Positions 1-9,027 of a stretch of DNA of 64,000 nt are shown piece after piece. The first letter of the stretch is position 1. Each line of letters starts with the position of its first letter. Position numbers and translations under genes: made by a program. A model generated the notes under the pieces. It searched no databases. It was not told the DNA's origin and was given only the letters and a program-made list of their open reading frames with translations. Source of the DNA: Bdellovibrionales bacterium RIFOXYD12_FULL_39_22 (GTDB lineage Bacteria > Bdellovibrionota > Bacteriovoracia > Bacteriovoracales > Bacteriovoracaceae); the NCBI GenBank assembly GCA_001770205.1, contig MEQL01000054.1:1-64000 (forward strand), written 5' to 3'.

Positions 1-80
1 GAAAAAATCCATGGCATTTTTAAAAGATGCAATAACGCATACTTGTATTTATAATTGAAATTTATTTCGTTACGCACTAT

Positions 81-725
81 ATGGAAGGACAAAAACTTAA
101 TATCGTCGATGCAGATAAAAATATTATTCAAAGCTCTTCCAAAGGACGCATACGCCTTTCCTGGGAAGAAGCATATAAATATCAAGAGCATCCCCTAGTG
201 GCCATTGCGAAGGGTTCTCATGCTATCTATCCTGCCATTGGAAATTACACTTTCACCATTTTAAAAGATAAATTAACTTTGCTTTCAGAATCGGCCGGTG
301 GCAAAAATCTCCTACTGCCTAATGATTTGCAGCTAAAAAATAACTCTAATGCTCCTGACGATAACAACGGCGTTGTTGATTACAATGCTGATAACGGTGA
401 ATCATTGCCAACCAAAATTTTTCTAGAACGCTTTGCGCTTCGCTCTTTAGATATTGGTGAAATTACTTCCCATAGCTGGAATAATGTTTTGGCCTTCAGC
501 GGAAATCTCGTCGATGTCTTCGGCTGGAATGATGCAAAATTTCCACCTTTTACTGAGAGAGAAATCCAGGCCGCATTATGGGTGAATGAGGCCGACTGGG
601 GCGATAGTAGTAAAATGCCAGAGGCATCATACGAGGCCATGCGTCAGATCATTGGAGAACTTTCTCAGTATATGGAGAACAAAACACAGACCATAGACTT
701 TTTCATTAAACCTCTGTCACAATAA
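81..725 (+). CDS. hypothetical protein (214 aa)
   Basis: ATG-started ORF; no recognised motif; followed by a terminator-like hairpin. Confidence 0.6.
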   Translation: MEGQKLNIVDADKNIIQSSSKGRIRLSWEEAYKYQEHPLVAIAKGSHAIYPAIGNYTFTILKDKLTLLSESAGGKNLLLPNDLQLKNNSNAPDDNNGVVDYNADNGESLPTKIFLERFALRSLDIGEITSHSWNNVLAFSGNLVDVFGWNDAKFPPFTEREIQAALWVNEADWGDSSKMPEASYEAMRQIIGELSQYMENKTQTIDFFIKPLSQ

Positions 726-750
726 TAATTCGGTGATAATCAGAAACTCT

Positions 751-782
751 TAACTACTTTTTTTAGAGAAAAAAAGTAGTTA
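751..782. terminator. bidirectional hairpin between convergent genes
   Basis: Perfect 14-bp inverted repeat TAACTACTTTTTTT-agag-AAAAAAAGTAGTTA. Confidence 0.6.
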
Positions 783-846
783 GGAAATTACATTCAGAGG
801 ACATGTTGGCATTCTTTTTTTGTTACGTTTATTCTTGCGAATTATT

Positions 847-1782
847 TTAACGATACACCGTCGATCGTAAAAAATAGCCTATGGTTGTAACAAGCGTCCA
901 CCACATAATTCGCAACCTTTCTTTAACGGGAACTTCAATATCAGTTAAATCCTGGCCCCGATCAACTTCATCGGCCATTTCTGATTTATATTGGAGATTA
1001 CGAATTATTGCTATAGGAGTACATTCGTTACAGCTACCCATGACTAGACCGGCAATGGCCGCAATAGGAACGACATAATTGCCTCTTCCACCAGTACCAA
1101 CTAATCCAAAAACATCTTTTTCGCCAACTTTCTTTTCCAGTGGATCAATTCCGGCGTAGGCAAGAGGAGTATCCCAGTGTCCTTGAAATGATAGGCTTCC
1201 CCCCATTGTGTCAGTTATTACTATTGCAACTTTTTTTTGCACCTTTGACATAATTTCTGTACGAATTTTCTGCGCACTCTCTTTTGGATCTTTGGGTAGC
1301 AACGATACATAATCACCAGGGATATTAGATTTATCAATGCCGGCACTATCGGCAAGATGGCAACCAACTCTGGAAAACCATATGTATGAATATTGGTTCA
1401 TTAGTGATGATTTATCTTGATCTATTAGACCATTAACACTCAACGAAAAAATCAGTTCATTTATTTTACGGTTAGTCATTAATTTTTTCATTGGCACAAC
1501 ACAGATTGGTTTACCCTCTCTTAAAATTAATTCTAGTTTTGCTGGATTAACGTTGTAGTGTCTTGCCAGACGTTTTGTTTTTGGAGATGGAATAATTTCT
1601 GCAACTTTTACACAGCGCCCCTCTAATATTGAAACAATTTTTGAGGTAACGGCGATAATATCACCATTCTCGACAATCATGTTATTTAATATTAGATCCG
1701 CCACTGAAAATTTTCCAAAATCCTCAGGAATAACTGGGGCGTTTAATTTTATAGGAAGGATTTGAATATTATAGTTGCCCAT
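847..1782 (-). CDS. coenzyme F420-0:L-glutamate ligase (CofE)-like protein
   Basis: Motifs GDIIAVTSKIVS..EGR, SAGIDKSN, LLPKDP..SA..IR, VITDT, DVFG, E.TPIAIIR typical of the F420_ligase family. Confidence 0.8.
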   Translation of the reverse strand: MGNYNIQILPIKLNAPVIPEDFGKFSVADLILNNMIVENGDIIAVTSKIVSILEGRCVKVAEIIPSPKTKRLARHYNVNPAKLELILREGKPICVVPMKKLMTNRKINELIFSLSVNGLIDQDKSSLMNQYSYIWFSRVGCHLADSAGIDKSNIPGDYVSLLPKDPKESAQKIRTEIMSKVQKKVAIVITDTMGGSLSFQGHWDTPLAYAGIDPLEKKVGEKDVFGLVGTGGRGNYVVPIAAIAGLVMGSCNECTPIAIIRNLQYKSEMADEVDRGQDLTDIEVPVKERLRIMWWTLVTTIGYFLRSTVYR

Positions 1783-1823
1783 AGATTTCTCCTGTTTGTT
1801 TAATTTAAATTTATACCAAGAGA

Positions 1824-1837
1824 AGAATCATGATTCT
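1824..1837. promoter_or_regulatory. perfect palindrome, possible TetR operator
   Basis: AGAATCATGATTCT between the TetR gene and the cofE-like gene. Confidence 0.35.
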
Positions 1838-1870
1838 ATTTATGTCGTTGACAAAAAATAGGCCTTTGTG

Positions 1871-2428
1871 TCAAAAATTATTGGGAAAGATCATTTTAGA
1901 TATTTCTTCGCAGGAAGATTCTACAACAGAGACAGGGAGTTCCGGATAGAAAATTATTCCAAAAAGCATGGCCTTGATGACTTGTATTTTTATCATCTCA
2001 AGTTGTGGAAAAAAGTGTTTAAGCTTTTTGAATAAAATGGCTCTCTGCTCCCGCAACGCTCGTCCAATAGCATTATCTTTTGTTCGATTAATATAATAGA
2101 AGGGAATGATGGCAGGGATCTTATCGAGAAGTTCTCGTGCGATTTTTATTGATGGTGTAATATTATGATTTTCCCATTCCTTCATTTGTTCAGGTGAAGT
2201 ACCCAAAATATACTTATTAAAATAGCAAATGCTTTCTAATAAAATGTTCTCTTTAGATCTTCCAAAATAGTGATAGATAAGTGGCCTTGATACCTTCGCT
2301 TGCTTGGCCAAAGATGCGATAGTCCATTTTAAATGGCCAACTTTCATGTCGAGAGAAACTGCAGCATCTAAAATTTGCCAATATGTTTTATCCTTTCCAT
2401 TAATTTCAAAAATCTTACATATTTTCAT
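1871..2428 (-). CDS. TetR/AcrR family transcriptional regulator
   Basis: N-terminal HTH ILDAA...TIASLAKQAKVSRPLIYHYF..KENIL. Confidence 0.8.
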   Translation of the reverse strand: MKICKIFEINGKDKTYWQILDAAVSLDMKVGHLKWTIASLAKQAKVSRPLIYHYFGRSKENILLESICYFNKYILGTSPEQMKEWENHNITPSIKIARELLDKIPAIIPFYYINRTKDNAIGRALREQRAILFKKLKHFFPQLEMIKIQVIKAMLFGIIFYPELPVSVVESSCEEISKMIFPNNF

Positions 2429-2653
2429 AGTTACACCGTATTTTTTTACCGATGGATTTACTCAAAGAATACTTCAAAAAGAAGCAGTTCGCATCTTCAT
2501 TTAATTCCACTCCAAACTGGTTGTTTTTTCGATAATTGTTGATACAATAATCAATACGTAATTATACACTATCTTTTTCCTGTTGGGAGGATTATTAAAT
2601 CACCTCTACTCCTCTCATTTCTTTAAGAATTCACTATAATGTGAAGGAACAAT

Positions 2654-4402
2654 ATGAAACATATAAATGGCCTTTTTTTTCGAAGAAAATTTAAATTTAA
2701 TTTTTTTCTGTTATTGTTCTTTTTGCCGATATCTTCTGTTTTTGCATCAACAAATCCTGTCATCTTTTACACAGATATAATCGCAGGTCCAAACACTGGG
2801 GGAGAAGATAATAAGGGATGCTACCTGTCAATTTTTGGACTTAATTTCGGAGACAATTTGGCCAATGTAAAAGTCGAAATTAATGGAATTGAAGTTACCT
2901 CGTATAAATATCTTGGTTTTTCACTAGGCAGGCCAGATGTACAACAGCTTTCTATTCAGGTTGGAACTGGCACTCTTCCTAATACTTCAACAGGTCCGAT
3001 AAAAGTTATAGTAAATGGACTTGCGTCTAATACTGATCACATTTTTACCATCAGAGAGGGGAAAATATTTTTCATCTCTCATACTGGCAACGATAGTGCT
3101 GGCATTGTTGGAGATATAAAGAATCCTTTTAGAACCCCGAATGGAGTTTGGGATAGAGCTGATTTTACCGCTGGAGATTTTTTAGTAATTCGCGGTGATG
3201 CTGCTTATGATTTCGGATCTGGGCAGGAAAATTTATTAAATGGATATCGCTGGATTAATATCGACAAAAGTGGAACTTCTGAAACATACGCCATCACTAC
3301 TTACGGATATCCTGGAGAAAATGTGGCCGTTAGCTTTACCGCTACCAATCAAAAAGCTATCGTAACCTTAGCTAATCCCCGCCGCCAATATTGTGTTTTT
3401 GCAAATCTGACTTTTGACTTAAACAATACTGGAGCAATTCCCATCCAGCTCGGATGGTACTCTACTCCCACTGATGCATTGGATTTTGCACGACTCGTCA
3501 ATTTAAAAGTTACAGAGGGGATGGTTGGTTATATGGGAGTAAATCCAATTTCTCTCCAACATGTTGACTATTTGAAAATGTATGGCATTAGCGTTGGTAA
3601 TCAAAGTGCCTCTGCTCAATCAGATTTACAGTCTCATATGATTTATCTAAGCCATGAATTTAATAATGCTGATATAGGTTGGTGCTATATTCATGATAAT
3701 AAGTATGGGCGTGGTGCTTTCAAGGTGGCAGGCGATGGCGCCCAGAGTATTATGAATATGAATGTAAGAATTCATCATAATTCATTCCAAAACCTTCCTC
3801 AGGAGGCAATTTCATTCGGAGAAGGCGCGAAAGAATGTTTTTTTTATAATAATATAATCAACAACGCCAACACAAATAAAGTGTCAGGTTTCTCTCCCCT
3901 CTCGATCCGTGGTGTTGAGGAAAATGTTGGAGACTATTACGTATATAATAATACTATATATTCTGCCGCAGAAGACGGTTATCCTGGTGGGATAATACAG
4001 TTTGGATTTTCACCCTCTGGCCAATATCCACATTCCGTTTCATTATATAATAATATAATTTATGCAATTAACCCCACAACAAATTATTATCAGATTAACC
4101 ATCCTAGTTTCACCACCGATAAAATTACAGCTGATAATAATATCTGGTTTGGTTCCAGCGATCCCATGCCATCTTGGGCAGGGGCCAATAGTAAAAATGT
4201 AGACCCGTTGTTTGTTGACAAAAATGGAGGTAATTTTAATCTATTGACAGCAAGTCCGGCGAGAAACAATGGCAATAATGCCCCATCAATACAATCCTTA
4301 GTTACAACAGATTATTACAGTAATGAACGAAATATTATTGATATTGGTTCAGTTGAATTTTACATAGCAGCCCCCCAAATATTTTCAATTACAATAAGAT
4401 AA
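2654..4402 (+). CDS. secreted IPT/TIG plus right-handed parallel beta-helix protein with choice-of-anchor-Q-like C-terminus
   Basis: Signal peptide (VFA-S); IFGLNFG...V.ING...GPIKVIVNG TIG-like domain; Asn-rich YNNII/YNNTI repeats; DPLFVD...SPA...DIGSVEF. Confidence 0.75.
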   Translation: MKHINGLFFRRKFKFNFFLLLFFLPISSVFASTNPVIFYTDIIAGPNTGGEDNKGCYLSIFGLNFGDNLANVKVEINGIEVTSYKYLGFSLGRPDVQQLSIQVGTGTLPNTSTGPIKVIVNGLASNTDHIFTIREGKIFFISHTGNDSAGIVGDIKNPFRTPNGVWDRADFTAGDFLVIRGDAAYDFGSGQENLLNGYRWINIDKSGTSETYAITTYGYPGENVAVSFTATNQKAIVTLANPRRQYCVFANLTFDLNNTGAIPIQLGWYSTPTDALDFARLVNLKVTEGMVGYMGVNPISLQHVDYLKMYGISVGNQSASAQSDLQSHMIYLSHEFNNADIGWCYIHDNKYGRGAFKVAGDGAQSIMNMNVRIHHNSFQNLPQEAISFGEGAKECFFYNNIINNANTNKVSGFSPLSIRGVEENVGDYYVYNNTIYSAAEDGYPGGIIQFGFSPSGQYPHSVSLYNNIIYAINPTTNYYQINHPSFTTDKITADNNIWFGSSDPMPSWAGANSKNVDPLFVDKNGGNFNLLTASPARNNGNNAPSIQSLVTTDYYSNERNIIDIGSVEFYIAAPQIFSITIR

Positions 4403-4755
4403 TGAAGTAGCTCGGCGATTATTTTCTTACTCTCCAAGATTTCTTTAATCTTTCTAAAATCAATTCATTGGAAGTGATATTTGCTTCTTTCCCGATATAG
4501 CGTTATAATTATAATTTGTATTGAAGAACTTTTAGATTTTGTGTGGGACGTCCGCTAACCGTGCATGTAACTTGATAGCAAAATCCAAAATAACCGTAAG
4601 GCCTGTGGCCAAATTTGTGAGCGTTCGAGTGGGTGCTGCATACGCTTAATACGGAATCTTGGGTGTTATGTATTAAGTTATTTATTTGCAAGCTGTTTTG
4701 TTAATAGCTATCTCTCGTTTTGGCCAGCATTGTGCCTTTATTTTTGGGTGCGGCC

Positions 4756-6027
4756 ATGAAAACACAATTTGATTTTGTACAAAGTACACGTTTTTCTATT
4801 ATCGCTTTTGTTCTCGGCCAATCTTTATTTTTTCAATCCTGCCAACAAGAGCAAGAATTTTACAAAAAAATCTACCTAGAGCAGGAAACAGAAGTTAAAG
4901 AGGAGGTTAAAGAACAAGCCGAGGAGGAAGTAGCAAAAGAAGAAGATTCCCCTACTGAAACAGAAACTGAAATCGCCGTTGCGATTGAAAACAACGGCCA
5001 AAATGAAATTGGAAATGCTAAGATCCCAGAGACAATACCGGCGACACAAGAAGGTAGTAGCGTTACAAATCCCGGAAACGAAAATGAACCGGTTGTAACT
5101 CCTACTCCTACAGTGACTCACTTGCCAGTAAAAGATTATTTCAGACAAAACAGTGCAGAGGAAAACCACAAAGTTGATATTTTATGGATGGTGGATAACT
5201 CTGGCTCCATGGATGATGAGCAAGCAGCACTGGCCTATAATTTTGATGTTTTCATACGAAATTTTTTAATTCGCACTATAGATTTTAAGATGGCCATTAT
5301 CACTACTGACGGCCGCGATCGCTATAGCGGAGTAATGATAAATCCCACTGATACATTAACCTCGATACAGGCCGCCAGCAATGAACAACAATTTATTTCT
5401 GATTTTGAACGCTATATTCAAGTAGGAGTAAATGGATCTTCCAATGAAACTGGATTAAAGACTTCTTATAGCTTCTTTAATCGTTACACTTCCTTTTTAC
5501 GGCCAGATGCCTATCTAATTGTCGTCATACTCAGCGATGAAGAAGACAAGTCCCCATTATCCACTCAGGAGTACACACATTTTTTTCAGGCACAAAAAAG
5601 TAATCCAGGAATGGTGAAAGTCTACAGTATCGTCAACACTCAAAGTATTTGCGAAAACACTACATCTCAATACATCAACTATTCCTCAACCAGCTTGTAT
5701 CAAAATGGTGGCTGCTTGGTTGAGTCAATTGATGTTGGTGAGCGATACATGGAAGTTTCAACGGCCACGGGAGGAATTATTTCTAATATCCATGATGATT
5801 TCCATCAGATCCTTTCGATGATGGGTGGAAAAATTATTGATCTAACTGACAGTTTTGCTTTATCCAAAATTCCTATTGACGCCAATAATATTGTTGTTCG
5901 CATTAATGACATTTTAGTATCTGCAGGATGGCAATATGATTCTACATCTCACACTATTAAGTTTAACGAGAACTCGCTTCCTGAAGAAGGGGCCATAATT
6001 AGCGTTGAGTATTTTACGAATCCTTAA
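4756..6027 (+). CDS. vWA-domain surface protein, probable lipoprotein
   Basis: VDILWMVDNSGSM MIDAS motif, LSDEED, acidic linker, FQSC possible lipobox; ATG at 4756 preferred over TTG at 4720. Confidence 0.75.
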   Translation: MKTQFDFVQSTRFSIIAFVLGQSLFFQSCQQEQEFYKKIYLEQETEVKEEVKEQAEEEVAKEEDSPTETETEIAVAIENNGQNEIGNAKIPETIPATQEGSSVTNPGNENEPVVTPTPTVTHLPVKDYFRQNSAEENHKVDILWMVDNSGSMDDEQAALAYNFDVFIRNFLIRTIDFKMAIITTDGRDRYSGVMINPTDTLTSIQAASNEQQFISDFERYIQVGVNGSSNETGLKTSYSFFNRYTSFLRPDAYLIVVILSDEEDKSPLSTQEYTHFFQAQKSNPGMVKVYSIVNTQSICENTTSQYINYSSTSLYQNGGCLVESIDVGERYMEVSTATGGIISNIHDDFHQILSMMGGKIIDLTDSFALSKIPIDANNIVVRINDILVSAGWQYDSTSHTIKFNENSLPEEGAIISVEYFTNP

Positions 6028-6042
6028 AAACTTAAAAGTAGG

Positions 6043-6106
6043 TCATACTTTTTCTGAGCAGTGCAACAATATTAACGGCAAATATGCCCTGCTCAGATAA
6101 GTATGA
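6043..6106. repeat. long imperfect hairpin downstream of the vWA gene
   Basis: TCATACTT..TCTGAGCAG (6043-6061) pairs with CTGCTCAGA.AAGTATGA (6089-6106). Confidence 0.6.
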
Positions 6107-6286
6107 TGCACCAGCGGCCACCCCATACGGCCATGGCCCATACGACTACCACAAAAAGTTGGCACTTTTTTAATGCCTGCTATTTTCTTATAAAACTTGC
6201 AAAAAATAGTATTCTGTAACTATGAGTTTTTGTTGCTCACACTTTTTATTTTTAGTTTGTACCACTTGTTGCGTTATACTGTGCTT

Positions 6287-7894
6287 ATGAAATTCAATAT
6301 CCACCGGACCAAAATCATTCTAATCCTGGCCATGATGGCCGCTTCGTTAGTTTTTACTACGGCATGTTCGTCCAAAGTTTCATTGGCAAATAAACCAAAA
6401 GTTTTACGCATACTCGCAACTCCAACTCCAACTCCAACTCCAACTCCCATAAACCCAATAACCCTTTTGAGTATCGAGAATGAATCAATCACTAAAACTG
6501 GATTTGCTGTGTTAATTAATTTTTCAGGAGACGAAAACGACAACGTAGTTGCCCATCTGTACTTCTGCAACGACAGCTTTATCACCGACTGCAATCCAAC
6601 TGAAGCAAGTAATACTTTTGTGGCCATGACAAAATCAGATAGTTCAACGTTAAGCGGAACCGTTGCCGATCTAACAGCTCCGACAGCATATCCGGCCAAC
6701 AGAATAAATTATACTGTCATCATAACTGACACGGATGGAGTAATCACAAACATCGAACAAAGTGGGTTTATAAATCTCGAAGCAATTTTAGGAGATGAAA
6801 TTAGCTGGGATGAAGCCCCTGAAGGTGATGCTACTGGGCCAATTGTATACAACATCGGAACAAGAGAGCAATTAATTAGTCTGGCCACGGATGGTTGCTC
6901 AAGCGCATCTTCCGTAGCATGTGATAAAAATTTTGCTTTAAGCAGCGATGTTGATTTTTCGGGAACGGAGACTGCTCCAATCGGATCTTTTTCTGGATCC
7001 TTTAATGGTAACGGACATACCATCGCAAATTTTACTATTAATAAACCAACCGAACAACTTGTTGGACTTTTTTCCGAAATTTCAGGAACAGTGGAAAATC
7101 TTCACTTAGATGGTGCGAATGTTTCAGGAGAATCTTTTGTCGGTATTTTGGCGGGCAATGCCATTGGGACTTCGGCCTCTTCTAGTGCGATCATTCGATC
7201 TATCGTGGTAACCAATTCTGAATTAAATGCAACAGGCCTATATTCGGGCGGAGTAGTAGGCTTAGCTGAATATGCTATTTTTGAAAATATTATCTGCCTT
7301 GCCGAAATTTACGCACATTCTTCAAGTAGCGGGGGAATAGTGGGAGTTGCGGTGAATACATCTGTAGAAAAATCCTATTTCGGCGGCAGTATTCAAGGAG
7401 AAGGTGGATATTTCGGTGGCATCGTCGGAAACGCCTTTAACACAATAATCAAAAATTGCTATTCTCACGCCAATCTATCCTCTAGCGACGGCCTTGTTGG
7501 TGGACTGGTCGGTCAATTTAATGGCACACTAAGTAATTCATACTCCACTGGAAACATCACTGCACCGTTATATGCAGGCGGCCTTGTCGGATGGATGTAT
7601 TCTGGAACAACCATACTAGATAGTTTTTCGACTGGTACGATTTCTACTTGTCTATCAAACTGTGGCGGATTAGTTGGTTATAAATCAACCACGCTCACTA
7701 CTATCACCACCAGTTATCGCTACACTTCTGCCCCTGTTGCCGAAAGCGGAATTGGAACACTTAACAATAATCTTGATTACTACTATGATCCAAATACTTT
7801 CTTAACTGGTTTTGCTTGGGATACTGCAGTTTGGGAATTTACAACCGGAACTGGAGCAACATTTCCTGAACTAAAAAATATGCCAATTCAGTAA
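6287..7894 (+). CDS. GLUG-repeat surface lipoprotein
   Basis: TTAC lipobox-like site; (TP)n linker; PIG.FSGSFNGNGHTI.N; repeated GGIVG/GGLVG...SYSTG units. Confidence 0.8.
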   Translation: MKFNIHRTKIILILAMMAASLVFTTACSSKVSLANKPKVLRILATPTPTPTPTPINPITLLSIENESITKTGFAVLINFSGDENDNVVAHLYFCNDSFITDCNPTEASNTFVAMTKSDSSTLSGTVADLTAPTAYPANRINYTVIITDTDGVITNIEQSGFINLEAILGDEISWDEAPEGDATGPIVYNIGTREQLISLATDGCSSASSVACDKNFALSSDVDFSGTETAPIGSFSGSFNGNGHTIANFTINKPTEQLVGLFSEISGTVENLHLDGANVSGESFVGILAGNAIGTSASSSAIIRSIVVTNSELNATGLYSGGVVGLAEYAIFENIICLAEIYAHSSSSGGIVGVAVNTSVEKSYFGGSIQGEGGYFGGIVGNAFNTIIKNCYSHANLSSSDGLVGGLVGQFNGTLSNSYSTGNITAPLYAGGLVGWMYSGTTILDSFSTGTISTCLSNCGGLVGYKSTTLTTITTSYRYTSAPVAESGIGTLNNNLDYYYDPNTFLTGFAWDTAVWEFTTGTGATFPELKNMPIQ

Positions 7895-7938
7895 TAGAAA
7901 CTGTTAATTTTCTTTATTAACTACAAAACAGACAACTC

Positions 7939-8322
7939 TTAGTTGCAGTGGTGGCCATTACTACCATTGCCTCCAGAACACGCTAAATTTAAATTAACCT
8001 CCACCAACTGATTCCCTTTAAACGCTTCTACCGTTTCCCTTATTGTCGTATATCCTGTTTTATAAACTTTAATTTTTGCGGCCATTAACTTATTCAAAGC
8101 ACCGGCCCCAATACCTCCGACCACAATTCCATCAAACTTTTCATGCCCTAAAATTTCCAATGGCCGACACATTCCATGAGCGTGATGTTGGTTGTTATTT
8201 AACACTGAGATGCAATCATTTGAATCTGTATCAACAATCATAAAATATGGTGCAGATCCAAAATGCTCACTGAGTGTACTATTAAGGCCATTATTCTCAT
8301 TAACCGGTAAACAAATTTTCAT
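7939..8322 (-). CDS. NifB/NifX family Fe-Mo cofactor-binding domain protein
   Basis: SEHFGSAPYFMIVD...VGGIGAGA..KL....IKVY signature. Confidence 0.85.
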   Translation of the reverse strand: MKICLPVNENNGLNSTLSEHFGSAPYFMIVDTDSNDCISVLNNNQHHAHGMCRPLEILGHEKFDGIVVGGIGAGALNKLMAAKIKVYKTGYTTIRETVEAFKGNQLVEVNLNLACSGGNGSNGHHCN

Positions 8323-8414
8323 AAACTTTATCTCCTCTGTATTAGTTTTGTTGCTAAATGCAAAATATAAGCAGGCAGCAAAACATACAGCATGCCTACG
8401 AATATAATAGTGCG

Positions 8415-8714
8415 CTATGTTGCACTTTTTTTTAAATCTGTAGATTCATCAAGCCGAAGAGCTTTCCCATCAATAATTGCTTCCGTTATTTTTCTATACG
8501 CAGAGTTTAGTATTCGCCCAAATGTTTGACGGGAAATTTTCATTTCGACGGCCGCTTCTTCTTGATACATATCATTCAAATGTGCCAAGCGTAACGCCTC
8601 AATCTCATCAGCATGCAAAACAATCTCACTCAACTTATCCATTGAAACGCCGCGAGGTTTGAAGTAGTTCGCATTAATTTTACAACAAGTATGACGATGT
8701 TTTTTTGGACGCAT
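8415..8714 (-). CDS. DUF134 family predicted DNA-binding protein
   Basis: YFKPRG...DEIEALRL....YQEEAA..M.ISRQTF.RIL.SA..KI.EAIIDGK. Confidence 0.9.
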   Translation of the reverse strand: MRPKKHRHTCCKINANYFKPRGVSMDKLSEIVLHADEIEALRLAHLNDMYQEEAAVEMKISRQTFGRILNSAYRKITEAIIDGKALRLDESTDLKKSAT

Positions 8715-8759
8715 ATTATCTACTTTCTGTTAGCTATCTAACTACTATTTTGCAGTATT

Positions 8760-8791
8760 TTAATTATGAGCGAATGCTCATAATTAATCAA
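8760..8791 (-). promoter_or_regulatory. sigma70-type promoter overlapped by a 12-bp inverted repeat operator
   Basis: Minus strand TTGATT-17bp-CATAAT; palindrome TTAATTATGAGC-gaat-GCTCATAATTAA (8760-8787). Confidence 0.7.
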
Positions 8792-9027
8792 TCTTTAAAA
8801 ATATTACCTGCAAACCAGAAAAATAACGCAGTGCTTAGAAAAAATAGGACACACCTCCAAAAAGGCAATTTTTCTTGGCAGTGCTTCTATGATAAATATG
8901 TATTATTTAAAACAATCCACAAAAAAATATTCAATAAATTAAGTAACTTATCCCCAATCAAGAAAATCAGTATAGGGTTAAGTAAATCTCCAAGTTTGTC
9001 GATAAGGCATCGTGGTAAACTACGACT

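Noticed and set aside
4500..4680. riboswitch or tRNA-like element
   Set aside because: Short stems exist, but no recognisable aptamer consensus or cloverleaf
4720..4735. sigma54 promoter (TTGGC..GG-N10-GC)
   Set aside because: Weak consensus, TGGCC is very common here, and the leader would be very short
6418..6450. (ACTCCA)n microsatellite as a phase-variation tract
   Set aside because: In-frame hexamer encoding an ordinary Thr-Pro linker
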